Assembly: GCA_951406725.2 (NCBI GenBank)
Contig: OX597821.1
Coordinates: forward strand, 77,500,001-77,564,000
Length of the DNA: 64,000 bases
Reading direction: 5' to 3'
Source of the DNA: Octopus vulgaris
Lineage: Eukaryota
Part shown: piece after piece, positions 50,221 through 64,000 of the stretch
How the letters are laid out: every line of letters starts with the position of its first letter
Numbering within the stretch: the first letter of the stretch is position 1
Program-made: the position numbers and the translations under genes
The notes under the pieces: generated by a model
The model's input: the letters and a program-made list of their open reading frames with translations, nothing else
The model's database searches: none
Told to the model about the DNA's origin: nothing

Positions 50221-51963
50221 CATAGTCAGTTTTGGCATGGCTTCTACAGCTGGATGGCCTTCCTAATGCCAACCACCTTACAGTGTGTTGGCAGTGTTTT
50301 ACATGGCACCAGCACCAAGAGAATCACCGAAGATGAAAAATAAGAAGAAGAATGGTCTTAAAATATATTTATCTACTACTTTGAAAAACTCACAGAACAA
50401 TTAAAGAAACATTAGAGCACACTTACCAAAACAGAAGTTGTTTTGCAAAGATATGATAGGAAAGACAATATCACCACCACCATCATCATCATCATTTAAT
50501 ATCCACCCTTCCATGCTTGCTGGGGTCAGATGAAATTTGCTGAGGTGGATTTTCTGCAATCGGATGCCCTTCCTGTTGCCAACCACAATCACTTATTTCC
50601 GAGCAAAGTAATGCTTCCCCATGAAACGGCATGTTTTTATGGTAGACTGGAGATAAAGGACACTGCCTACATAACAGTGACGCTCATTTACAACTAGCAC
50701 CCAAAATCAAGGCAGGGAGACAGTAACACATGCACATGCACGTGTGTATATTTTGCAGAAAATAATAAAATCTTGAATGCAGAATAGCTGCAGAAAAAGG
50801 TAAGAAGATCAAGTTAATACCCTTAGAATATGGGAAATGTGGCCAGCAAGTTACTACAGAAAATCAAAGCCTGCACTCTCAAATTCTAAGCTTTTTTTCG
50901 CAGTTATTCTGCATTCAAGATTTCTTTCATCATCATTGTCATCGTTTAATGTCCGTTTTCCATACTGGCATGGACTGGACGGTTCGACTGGGGTCTGGGA
51001 AGCCAGGAGGCTGCACCAGGCTCCAATCTGATCTAGCAGTGTTTCTACAGCTGGATGCCTTTCCTAATGCCAACCACTCTCAGAATGTAGTGGCTGCTTT
51101 TTACATGCCACAGGCACAGGGGCCAGAGGAGCTAGCATCGACCACGATCGGGTGGTGCTTTTTATGTGCCGCCAGGTGAGAAAATTTTTTTTGTCTTCTG
51201 TAAAATAACAGATCACTCGGTGCTTCTAAGTTTGTTTCCACCCATGCTTGCATGGAAGGTGGACGTTAAACAATGATGACGATGATGATGATGATATGGG
51301 AGACGTCTTTCAGTTTCCAAACCAGTATATCCACTCACAAAGCTCTGGTCAGCCCAGGGCCATATTAGGAGGCACTTCAGTTCAAGATGCTGAACAGTGG
51401 ATCTGAACCCAGAACCATGTGATTAGGAAGCAAGCTTCTTACCACACACCCACACCTGTGCCTGTATTGAAAACATAAATAGTTTATTTTTGAGAACTAC
51501 AGCTGTTTAAATCCTCTCATTACTGAATATTTTCTTTCTTTCAATACAAACAGACTGAATGTCTTGCAAAAAGAAAAAAGACAAAAAAGTATGCAATATG
51601 CAGCCATGAACATCACAACGCACCAGTTCTAAACCCCCCCCCACACACACACACACACACACTGCCCTTGAAATTTAAGAAATTTTATATCCAAACCTTT
51701 GCTTACAATTTCACAGAAGATTAACACAGATTAAGTTCTAGACATAAGCATACATGTCGTTTGGTGTTTACATGTTCTTTTTCATTATATATATATATAT
51801 AACGGGAAGAAGGGAAGGGTGGTTTGAGCACCTGAAAAAATAATTACTGCTCAAAAACGATCATGTTTGTGTGTGTGTGTATGTGCATGTGTGTATATAT
51901 ATGTGTATGTGTATGTATGTGTGTGTGCGTGTATGTATGTATGTATGTATGTATGTATGTGTG

Positions 51964-52018
<55 letters not shown>

Positions 52019-52131
52019 ATAAATAGATATGTATATATAGACAGATATGAATGTATGTATGGATAGATAGATAGATAGATAGATAGACAGGCAGATAGAT
52101 GGACAGATAGATATGCATATATAGATAGATA

Positions 52132-52204
<73 letters not shown>

Positions 52205-52284
52205 CAATAGATCAATAGATAGATAGATAGACTAATAGATATACACATATATATATATATACACATATATATATATATATATAT

Positions 52285-52331
<47 letters not shown>

Positions 52332-52579
52332 TGCATACAAGTATGTATGTGATTTCAGTTTAGAGAGCAATATTAGTATTGAGGCTGTTTTCTGCATGTT
52401 GTACGTAGAATTAACAAATAAACTGACAAAGTAAATACAAGGCCTGACCTACTACACTATTAAAAGGGCATTTAGCAGTGAACTGATAAATACATGGCTG
52501 TTATCACTGAGCATTTAATAGCTACATAGGAAAGTAATCTACAGCCCATGTAATCTAAGCCCAGAAACTAATCTATGGC

Positions 52580-52760
52580 CATGTATATATGCATACACCA
52601 ATATATATATGTATATATATATGTATATATATATATATATGTGTGTGTGTATATATATATATGTGTGATATATATATATATATATATAACATGCATACAT
52701 GTATATATAAATATATATGTACACACATAAATATACATACATATGTATATGCATATATAT

Positions 52761-52793
<33 letters not shown>

Positions 52794-53007
52794 CTATATA
52801 TATACATACATATACATGTATATATGTATACACATATATACATATATTCACATATATATATTTACACACACATATATACATATACACAAATATATGTATA
52901 CACATATATACATATACACATATATATGTATTCATGTATATATGTACATATGTATATATACACATATATACGTAATGTATATATATATATATACATACAC
53001 ATTTATA

Positions 53008-53049
<42 letters not shown>

Positions 53050-53295
53050 ACATATACACACACATATATACATATACACACACATATATATACTCATATA
53101 TACATATACACATATATATACACACACACACATATATATGTACACATACATATACACATATATATATATACACATACGCACACACATATATATACACACA
53201 TATACACACATACACATATATACCTACATATATATGTATATATACATACATACATATACACATATTTAAGTACAAGTACATACATATGCATGCAT
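52580..53295. repeat. Degenerate (TA)/(CA) microsatellite field
   Basis: Similar fields at 36975-37620, 51865-52345 (including (GATA)n) and 60090-60460. Confidence 0.95.
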
Positions 53296-55232
53296 GTTTA
53301 CTCGGCTGACTGGGACATCAAGTTTTCTGCCTGTCAAGCAAGCTTGTTTTGAATGAAACATACGGCCATCTGTAACAAATTATTTTAATTGAACATAATA
53401 AATAACATTATTTTAATTAAACTCAATATATAACATTATTCGTGACATCTAACCACCATCTTGTATCCTTTCTTTTAGAATGGGGTCTAGTTCATATCTA
53501 GCCTTTATATTTGTATATATATATATATATATACTCACACACACACACACATAAAATATGCATATATTAAATAGAGAAATGTAAGTTAAGAGCTACAAAA
53601 ATATTTTAATAGTACATATATATATATATATATATAAAAATGGTATAATATATATACACACACACACACCACATACACACACAAACCAACAATGATACCA
53701 CACTAGAAATCATATATTTCAAATTATATAAGAAAGCAAAACAAAATAGAAGTTTGTTCATAAAAATTATTTAGTTACACCATCTTACACACATTTCATT
53801 AATAATGAAACACACAAATTATATAAGGGAAACTTTTATAAGCAGATTGCACTGTCAAATCTTCAGAGATTGCTTATCTCTCATTAATAATCTTTAGTAG
53901 TCATACTGGACTGCCAACAGGGCTATATTATCAACTAACATAACAAAAGTATTGAATTAGTTAAAGAATCAGCTCATATATTCACAAAAGGAGATGGGAA
54001 GTGTTTGGAAATGATAATTCTTTTCGGTTAGTTGGTTACCAAACATGTCAATAGCTCATGGCCTCTATATCGAAACTCTACCCAAACCACTGATTTTGTC
54101 AACCAATGGCCCATCCGTTATTCTTTCAGGGATTATGCATTTTCTTTGTTTGTGGTTCAGAAACAGTCTCTAATCTGCTTCAGACTAGCATTATAGCTGC
54201 CCCCTCTATCCTTTGCCTCCCTTCATGTCTAGCCAATACAGACTAATATCAAAGAAGTCATTGGTAACAAAGGGCCCCACCTTTTCATGGCAGAGAGATG
54301 TGGCTTTTCAGTTGCAGTGAAGGTAACCCCTTTAGAAAGTTGGTCAACTCAAACAAGCCAAACAGTGAAAAAAAGGAGCCCTAATTTCAAAGGGAAGACA
54401 TGGACAGCAAAAGTCACAGCAAAACCAATCTGAGAGTAGTAACTTAAATTTGGTGCTTATTCTATTGGTACCTTTTTTTCAAACTCCTAGATTATGGTAT
54501 GTAAACAAACCAACACTAGTTACCAAGCAGTATGAGTGGACAAACACACACACACACACACAGATGTGTACATGTACATGCACACGACATCCTTACATTC
54601 ACTCACAAGGCATTGGTCAGTCTGGTGCTATAGTAAACAACATTTGCCCAAAGAGTCTCACAATAGGATTGAACTTGAAACCACATGATTGCAAAGCAGG
54701 CTTCTTAACCCCAACATCATGATATTCATTTAACCCCAACATGATTTTTATCATTTAACATTTGGGTTAAACAGGACTGTCTCCCCACTTTTCACATCAA
54801 ATATACAAAGAAAACAGTGACTCTGTTATTGTAAATATAACCTGAAACCTGAAGCACACAAACACTGTCACCTCTGTAAGTTGTCATCTTCTGGAAATGA
54901 GTCAATACTGTGAAATGGTTTTCATTCTTGAAAGGCATCCAGACGTGAAGAGCATGCCAAAAGAGAACTTCTCCAGTGCTTGTGCCATGTAAAAAGCATC
55001 TGGTACACTCTGTAAAGTGGTTAGTGTCAGGGAGGGCATCAAGCCATGGAAACCATGCCCAAACCTGGTGCAGCTCCTGTTAATCCATTCAACCCATGCT
55101 AGCATGGAAAATGGACATTAAATGAAGATGATGATGATGATGATGATGAGACATGACAAAAAAAGAGATTAAAATATTGATATTTGATGCTACATGCATT
55201 AATCTGAGACAAAAAAAATGAATATCGTGCTG

Positions 55233-55600
55233 ATTTGTTGCATCTTGGAAGGGTCATTATGCCAGTAATAAACACATGCACTGGTTCTATTTCACTTCTT
55301 TACTTTTTGTTAGTCAATTGGTTAACTATTTAACCAATTAACTAACCAGTTGTTTGGTTAATCATTCAGTCAATTAATCAGTTAGGTTTGTTAAAGTGAG
55401 ACAAACCTGAAGCAAAGCTAAAACAGAGAAGCCATGTCACTGATGACAAACCTAGATGAATGATTGATTGATTGATGATTGACCAAATGATAAATTAATT
55501 AGTTAAATAGGTAATCAACTTATTAATGATAATAAAAGAAATGAAGTAGAACTAGTTTGTTTATTACTGACATAATGACCCTGCTGAGATACAACAAAAT
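55233..55600. mobile_element. MITE-like element with ~100-bp imperfect inverted ends
   Basis: TTTGTTGCATCT...GGGTCATTATGCCAGTAATAAACA...GTTCTATTTCA versus TGAAGTAGAAC...TGTTTATTACTGACATAATGACCC...AGATACAACAAA. Confidence 0.6.
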
Positions 55601-56315
55601 TTGTTTCAACACCAGAGTTCACATCAAGAATCCTACAAACCAATTACAAAAATGAAAAATTACTTGCTGACTACACTAACGAGGGCTGAAGAGTCTGTAA
55701 TTAATAATGCAGTCACCAGGAAAGTGATCATTTCTCCTTCCTGCCTTAAATTGATGTTTACACTGCGTAACATCCTTCACATCAACTTGTTGTCAACTAA
55801 CTCACCGCTTAAAAGAACAATGATGAGGAATTACCAATTATTGATGGAGAGTAGAGGTAAGGCCAATTCAATCCATACAAGTCTATGATCTCATTCCTTA
55901 TTCCCAGGTGAATCCACTTTGGTTTATTTTTTTTCTATTCTAGGCACAAGGCCCAAAATTTGGGGGAGAAGGCCAGTCGATTACATCAACCCTAGTATTC
56001 AACTGGTACTTAATTTATCGACCCCAAAAGGATGAAAAGCAAAGTTGACCTCGGCAGAATTCCACTTTGGTTTATTGGCAAGACAAAGGGTCTGAATCTC
56101 CCCGAGAAGTACATTAAGGGCACACGTGTCTGTGGAGTGTTCAGCCACTTGCACATTAATTTCACGAGCAGGCTGTTCCGTTGATCGGATCAACTGGAAC
56201 CCTCGTTGTCGTAACCGACGGAGTGCCACGATCTAAGGTACTGAGTTCTTTGTGTTTTGATCATAAAGTTAATTTGTAGGTAACAATGCTTGCAACTACA
56301 CCTGTGTGTATGTAT

Positions 56316-56381
<66 letters not shown>

Positions 56382-57209
56382 CATCATAATATCACAAACA
56401 GAGAGAAAGGAAGAAAATAGAATAACATGACACTTAGGAAAAAAAGATGGTAAAAATAAACATATGGGAGAAAGGAATGTTTGCAGAGTGGTGTAGGAAG
56501 ATTGGCATTTGGTAATCTGGAAGGAAAAGCGATTCCTGAAATGTCAGCCAAAGAAATAAAATTTGATAATTAAATTAAATTCCTTCTCAAGATCTAATCC
56601 AGGATTGAACACCAGAAACACGTCCGTTTCTGTTAAAGGAAAAGCGTGTACAGAGAAAATGCAAAGCCGGTTCCCTTCAGGGTTCAGTAGGAGGGATCAG
56701 CAACAGGAAAATAATACACTCTAAATTAGGATACAGCTGAAGGAAACACACAACACAAACATGAATGGCCTTGTTACTGTTGTTTAGCCCTGGGTCAACT
56801 TTGCTTGAGCAGACCTATGATCAAAGATATTCCAAATACAAATAACCTGACCATCTAGAACAGTGGTTCCCAAACCTTTTTATTTAAATGAGTTTTAACA
56901 TGCTTATCCTTATGTGTGTATAAATATATATATATCGCCATGTTGATTCGTTAGCTACTGCACGCATTTTTTTTCTCTCCTTCTTTCTGTGTTTTTCTCT
57001 CTCTGTCCTGCCTTCGTCTTTTGTTTATTTTCATAAAGCTTCCCGTTATATATATATATATATATATATACCAAAGGAAAGAGAGATCACAGCCGTAGCC
57101 TACACCAGTGTTGCATAACCAGCCCATTTAAAAAGTACCTTTGAATCGTCGGGCAACACACCATGCTTGAGGAGACCCATTGAGTCAAGTAAATCAAAAC
57201 ATAAAACAC

Positions 57210-57930
57210 ATTGCTTATATTGCCAAGAAGGCTGAGGGTTTCTTGGCATCACTTACCAAGTCCTTTGTGAACTGCTCTCCGGTTATTTATCTGTGGCTTT
57301 ATATAGTTATGGTGCGGCCTCACCTGGAATATGCATCACCGGTCTGGAACCCCTATCTTGCTCAGGATATTAATCGTCTGGAAACTGTTCAGCAACGTGC
57401 AACCAAGAGAATACCCTCCATCAGAAATTTGCCATATTCTGAACGCCTTACTTCCCTGGGCATGGATACATTGAAACTCCGACATCTGGCAGCTGACTTG
57501 GCAGACACCCATAAAATTATTAACCATCTTACAAACAATAAACTCTGAGCACCTTTTCAAACTCCACCTGTCTAACACCCGTGGACATGTTTACAAAGTC
57601 AGAAAACAGCACAGTTCCCATGACTTTCAGAAACATTTTTTCACGCTAAGAGTTGCTGAAGCATGGAACAAACTGCCGGCATCAGTTGTTAGTTGTCGGA
57701 GCACTGCATCCTTAAAAACGTCCATGCTTCCTAAGATTTGCCAACACTACACCTGAGATTCGCCAACACTACACCTGATTTTCTCCCCTCCATACACACG
57801 CAAGCATGTATCTGACTCATACACTGTTCACTTTCCAGACATTTGTACTGCATTTGCTTTATACACACTTTTGACAAGTTGTGGGGCACCAGAGCACTGT
57901 ATACAATAATTTTATTATTATTAATATTAT
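57210..57930 (+). mobile_element. CR1/L2-like LINE 3' end
   Basis: LY..MVRPHLEYASPVWNPYLAQDINRLETVQQRATKRIP.IRNLPYSERL..LG..TL..R...DL....KI, then NTRGH / FFTLRVAEAWNKLPASVV, and an (ATT)n tail. Confidence 0.9.
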
Positions 57931-59137
57931 AAAATCAAAATCAAATCAAATCACAATCAAATGGAAGTTGTAGTTGTGGCCGATGCCAGTGCTGGTGGCA
58001 TGCAATAAGCACCATTCGTGCCAGGGGGAGGTGAGGGAGAGAATGAGAGAAACATTAAAACGTCCGATGTCAAATCAGTCAGCATTGAATCAATGACACC
58101 AAAGAGGCAACACTAAAACAGCTGCACCAAAATGTCTTAAACCCCAGCCATACTGACACTGATTCAGCAATAAAAATGACTGTCTACTCAAAGTAGCAAG
58201 TCTGTTAATCAGCTCAATACAGCAACCATAATCTTTATCTTTTGCCGTTTACTTGTTTCTGTCATTAGACTGTGGGCCATGCTGGAGCATCACACTGAAC
58301 AAATCCCCCCAGGAATTATTGTTTAAAACTTGGCACTTATTTTGTCAGTCTATTTTGCCAAACTAAATAACAGGGACATAAACAATCTAACACCAGTTAT
58401 CAAGCAGTGTTGGGAGACAGACACACAAACATGCACATATATATGTGTGAGTAGGTATATAATATATCATCATCACCATCATCATCATCATCATCATCAT
58501 CATCGTTTAACATCCGTTTTCAATGCTGGCATGGGTTGGACAGTTTGATTGAGGTCTGGCAAGCCAGAAGGCTGCACCAGGCTCCAGTCTGATTTGGCAT
58601 GGTTTTCTACAGCTGCATGCCCTTCCTAATGCCAACCACTCCAAGAGAGTAGTGAGTGTTTTTTATATGCCACCAGCACAAGAGCCAGTCAGGCGGGCCT
58701 GGTATCAATCATGTTCGGATAGCGCTTTTTACATACCACTGGCACGGGAGACAGTCAGGAAACCCTGGTAGTGATCACGTTCAGATGGTGCTTTTTATGT
58801 GCCACTGGCATGGGAGCCAGTCAGGGACGCTGGCATTGACCACGTTCAGATGATGCATTTCATGTGCTACCGGAACAGGAGTGTGCATGTGTGTGTATAT
58901 TAAGGTATTGACTAGACTATTGGATGTTGTTATACATCACTGGTCACAACGCGCTTTGCATTGTTTTGGCTTTTGAATGATGCCACATGATCAGAAGGTT
59001 AATTTGTTGCATGGGTACCCATTTACAGCTGAGTGGACTGATGCAACATGAAATTAAATGTTTTGCTCAAGAACACAACACGCAGCCAGTCTGAGAATTG
59101 AAACCACAATCTCAATGTCATAAGTGCATACCTTTAA

Positions 59138-59658
59138 CCCATTGCCTGCAATGGGCCCCATTTGAGGATCTGCTAAAAACAGTCACACTGCCAGTTGTTC
59201 GTTGTATTTGAAGTAGATTACTTATGTACATAGCATTTGCAGAGGTGTGTTTAATAATATTTAGTAGTTAAAGTTTGTAATTATAAGCTCTGGTTAATTC
59301 TGGAGAACATTTTATGTCATAAATTGCAATTTTTGAACTACAAAAATATTGACTTTTGAAAACCTTTTATTTTTATCTTTTTGCATTTCCCATCTATATC
59401 ATTCATTGATATTTCATACACATTCGCATTTGATATTATAGTTTCAAAAAACACTAAGATGTTTATTATTGCAACTGAATAGAAAAGGATAAATATGCTT
59501 TTTTTCAGTGATCCCCATTTGGGACTTTTCGAAAAATTTCTCATAATTTCCAAAATAATTTACATATGAAGAAAATTTAAATACTACAAATTATTTTAAT
59601 TCCTAAGACACCTGGCAAAGCCCAAAAATATGAATGAAACAATTTGGCACTTAATTGG
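59138..59658. mobile_element. piggyBac-like MITE inserted into a SINE head
   Basis: TTAA|CCCATTGCCTGCAA ... TTGGCACTTAATTGG|TTAA. The host SINE sequence resumes on both sides. Confidence 0.55.
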
Positions 59659-60087
59659 TTAACCACTAGGCCACACACACACACACAACATAGTTTCCGT
59701 CTTTCGAGCATTGGTCAGCTCAAAGCAATAACAGAAGATGCTTATCCAAGGTGAAGTGCAGTGGAACTGAACCAGAAAACACAAAGTTACAATGTGAGCT
59801 TCTTTAACCACACAGCCACGCCTGTGCCTATCTTGATAAGGAAAATTTCCTTCGTAATTACATTTAACGGAGGAGAAATAATATTTTTAAGATCCTCCAT
59901 TCAAAGAAATATTGCCATGAAATGATGATGATGAGACCTAGATAAGATATCTATCTAAGAAATATATAAATTGAGAGATTCCACAGAGCAGGGGCATCCG
60001 AAGCAGTCCACCACCAATTTTGCTAAGTATCCACTTGAGAGGAACAAAATTCCTAAGACATCAACACAGTAAACTTATAATATTGCT

Positions 60088-60134
<47 letters not shown>

Positions 60135-60290
60135 ATGTATGTATATTTATTCACACACATATACATACACATACATATAGATATATATATATTCATACAC
60201 ATATAAATACACATGCATTCATATATACATATATATATGCCCACACACATATACATACATATATATATATATGCTTACATACATACACAT

Positions 60291-60343
<53 letters not shown>

Positions 60344-61315
60344 CACACACATATACATACACATACATATATGCACACACACATACATACATGTACACAT
60401 ATATATATATATGTATACACACACATATACATACGTGTGTGTGTGTGTGTGTATACATAAAGACATATGCAAGAGGCCATTCAAACAGGCTCCTATATAA
60501 ACACAATGAACCCCCAAAGTTGCATTGAAAATAACAAAAACTCCAACTGCATAAAGCTACATTCCAGTAAAAACTTGTCCAGACACTTGAAACGGATTAA
60601 ACACCATTGAAAAATACGGTCCCATGTTTACAAACAATCGCAGAGAAACTGTCTGTGAAATAACTGGTGAAGAACATACAGTGTCTGGTTTGACTCCAAA
60701 CAGCATTTCGAAATAATATAGTTCTGTTTATTGGAAATAAACACAACAGGGAAGAGGCTTCATAAAATAAAATAAAAGTAGAAGAAACAGAATTTGGAAA
60801 AAAAAAAATTGTACATATTTAACAGGAAAGAAATATAGTGTTAAATATGTGGATGTGTTAGTATACATATATATATATCATCATCATCATCATCATCATC
60901 ATCGTTTAACGTCTGCTTTCCATGCTAGCATGGGTTGGACAATTTGATTGAGGGCTGGCAAGCCAGATGGCTGCACCAGGTTCCAATCTTGATCTGGCAG
61001 AGTTTCTACAGCTGGATGCCCTTCCTAACGCCAACCACTCCGAGAGTGTAGTGAGTGCTTTTACGTGCCACCAGCACGAGGGCCAGTCAGGCGGTACTGG
61101 CAACAGCCACGCTCAAATGTTTTTATACATGCCACTGGCACAAGTGCCAGTAAGGCGACGCTGGTAACGATCACACTCGAATGGTGCCCTTTTACATGCC
61201 ACCAGCACGGAAGCCAGTTAGCTGCTCTGGCAACAATCACGCTCGGATGGTGCTCTTAGCACCTTACTAGCACAGGACACAAGTTCCAGTAAGGCGATGC
61301 TGGTAACAATCAGAC

Positions 61316-61353
<38 letters not shown>

Positions 61354-61370
61354 CATACACATATATACAT

Positions 61371-61421
<51 letters not shown>

Positions 61422-62544
61422 GATGTATGTATGGATGTATGCATGTATGTATGTATGTATGTATAACTGGTACAGGTCTGAAAAATCAAACCTCTCATCC
61501 TAGTCCAAGTGACTACTAAATCACAATACAGGGAACCCTAACAAAGGGCTTCCCTAAGTCAGCAAATACCAAGTATAGCAGCTTACTCCTGGCTACATAT
61601 ATCCAAGTAACGCAGTCACCTTAATAAGAAGAGGGTATCATTAGGGCACCTGCCAGGTACAAAGATAAATTGCATTTCATCTATGTTCATTCTTTTATCT
61701 TCTATCTTGCACTTGTTTCACTCATTAGACCATGGTTATGCTGGGGCACACTCTTGAAGAATTTTTAGTCAAATGAATCGACCCCAAGACTTATTTCTTT
61801 AAAGCATGGTTCTTATTTTATCAGTCTATCTTGCTGAACCACTGAGTTAAGGGGACAAAAACACACCAAAACCGGTTGTCAAGCAGTAGTCGGGGACAAA
61901 CACAAACACACACATAGATATATGTGCTATGCTAAAAGCACCAAGTACACACACTGCAAGGTGGTTGGCATTAGGAAGGGCATCCAGCTGTAGAAACCAG
62001 GCCTGGTGCAGCTCCCTGGCTTGCCAGCTCTGGTCAAACTATCCAAACCATGCCAGTGTGGAAAACAGATGTTAAAGGACAATGATAACATATATATATA
62101 CACACACACACACACATGAGGGCTTCTTTCAGTTTCCATCTACCAAATCCACTCACAAAGCTTTAGTCAGCCCAAAGCTATAGCAGAAGACACTTGCCCA
62201 AGATGCCATGCAATAGTACTGAACCTGGGACCATGTGGTTGGGAAGCAAGCTATTCTAATTAATTTCAGAAACTGTCATAATCTGATCCAAAGGTCTGCT
62301 ATTTTGATAATTATGTCCCATTTGCCTAATTAGCAGCTGATAATGATGCTGCTGTTCCAGGTATGATACCTTTCTGAATCCCTTGATTGAATATCCAGGT
62401 GACTAGCCCATAACCTACATTGCTAATGTTTGAAACCTCTCAGTAGCAATTCCAAATGGTGCAAGAGCCTGCTCTGTCTTAAGATTTTTAACTGGCCTCT
62501 CTAAACATGTACGTATGCATATATGTGTAGGCCCACACACATAC

Positions 62545-62592
<48 letters not shown>

Positions 62593-62594
62593 CT

Positions 62595-63335
62595 CCCTAG
62601 CTGTGGAAGGAACCTGTGGAAGAGGTAGACCCAGGAAGACATGGGATGAGGTGGTGAAGCATGACCTTCGAGCATTGGGCCTCACAGAGGCAAAGACAGG
62701 AGACCGAGACCTTTAGAGATAGGCTATAATTGAGAAGACTCAGCAACTAAAGTGAGATTTCAGCCACACATGTCTGGCCCAGTTAAGAGTACTCCTGATG
62801 TGTTATACCATATGATATGCTTGAGAAGACCTACTGAGTAAAACCAATATCATAGCTGTGACCAGTGGCCCCTGACTGGTTCCCATGCTGGTGGCACGTA
62901 AAATGCACCTCCCGAACATGATTGATGCCAGGTCTGCCTGACTGGCTCCCATGCTGGTGGCACCTAAAGCACCATCCAAACGTGACCGATGCCAGTTGCC
63001 CCTGACTGGCTCTCGTGCCGGTGGCACATGAAAAGCACCAACCAAACATGGATAATGCCAGTACCTCCTGACTGGCCCCTGTGCCAGTGGCATGTAAAAA
63101 GCACTATCCGAATGTGACCAATGCCAGGACTGCCTGACTGGATCCTGTACCAGTGGCACGTAAAAAGCATCCACTATACTCTCGGAGTGGTTGGTATTAG
63201 GAAGGGCATTCAGCTGCAGAAATATTGCCAGATGAGATTGGAGCCTGGTGCAGCCACTGGCGCTGCAAACCTCAGTCAAACTGTCTAACCCATGCCAGCA
63301 TGGAAAACACGTGAAACCATGATGATGATGATGAT
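62595..63335 (+). mobile_element. 5'-truncated RTE LINE end plus family C 3' UTR
   Basis: VEGTCGRGRPRKTWDEVVKHDLRALGLTE, homologous to 34355-34500, followed by tandem GTGGCAC.TAAAAAGCA units and (GAT)n. Confidence 0.85.
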
Positions 63336-64000
63336 ATATACAAAAGTTTAAAGACTTATAAAACAAAAAGATTAAATGAACAGGCTTTAATCACAAATCA
63401 CAACAATTGTTTCTGTGTATTGGTAAAGCTGTTAGTTGCTGAGTTTTCCATACCCATACTATTACATCATCATCATCATCATCATCGTTTAACGTCCGTT
63501 TTCCATGCTGGCATGGGTTGGACTGAGGTCTGGAGAAGCAGCAGTAGCACCAGGCTCCAATCTGATCTGGCAATGTTTCTACAGCTGGATGCCCTTCCTA
63601 ACACTAACCACTCCGAGAGTGCAGTGGGTTACTTTTTACATGCCACAAGCACAGGAGCCAGTCAGGCGGACCTAGCATCGACCACGTTTGGATGGTGATT
63701 TTTACATGCCACCAGCACACAAGCCAGTGTGGGGGCACTGGCATCAGCCACATTCAGGTGATGCTTTTTACATGCCACCGGTATGGGAACCAGTCAGGCA
63801 AGCCAGGCATCGACCACATTCAAATGGTGCTTTTTACATTCCACTAGCACGGGAGTCAGCAAGAACTCTGGTCCCAGCTACGATTTTGGTTTTACTTGAC
63901 TCAACAGCTCTTCTCAAGCATGTCATATTGCCCAACACATCAGGGTATTCTTAACAGGGCCAGACATGCATGGCAGCGATGCCAGTACCCCCTGAAATAT

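Noticed and set aside
50446-50470. Unique sequence upstream of a strong minus-strand donor (TTTG|GTAAGT near 50425) as a possible exon
   Set aside because: I found no supportable acceptor and no recognisable peptide, and such donor words occur by chance.
56861-56880. hAT-type TIR CAGTGGTTCCCAAAC
   Set aside because: It is a solo end with no matching partner TIR or TSD found, so no element was called.

Overview
Repeat-dense, AT-rich animal genomic DNA. The SINE/LINE families and the (TA)n/(CA)n/(TATG)n/(AAT)n load point to an octopus (coleoid cephalopod); this is an inference. The only host gene I can support is the last two coding exons of an HTATSF1/Tat-SF1 (Cus2/barc) orthologue on the minus strand (35209-35120 and 27549-27259), encoding the UHM/RRM2 domain. 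I found no further upstream exon, so 35.2-64 kb is probably one large intron. The rest is tRNA-derived SINEs, non-LTR fragments (RTE, CR1-like, L1/Tx1-like, R4-like), Penelope-like element (PLE) fragments, mariner-type remnants, several MITEs and mini/microsatellites. Nearly all listed ORFs are translated microsatellite noise. The most interesting hidden signal is a set of minimal type I hammerhead ribozymes from at least four sequence-unrelated short elements sitting in (TA)n-rich tracts: 7930-7976 (+), 8737-8782 (+), 41441-41495 (-, the same strand as HTATSF1), plus degenerate copies at 39.2 and 47.5 kb. They have palindromic stem III and pLTR- or retrozyme-like direct or inverted repeats. 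Also noted: perfect fold-back hairpins flanking the HTATSF1 exon, a SINE/LINE shared 3' tail, and an apparent CpG-content switch near 21 kb.
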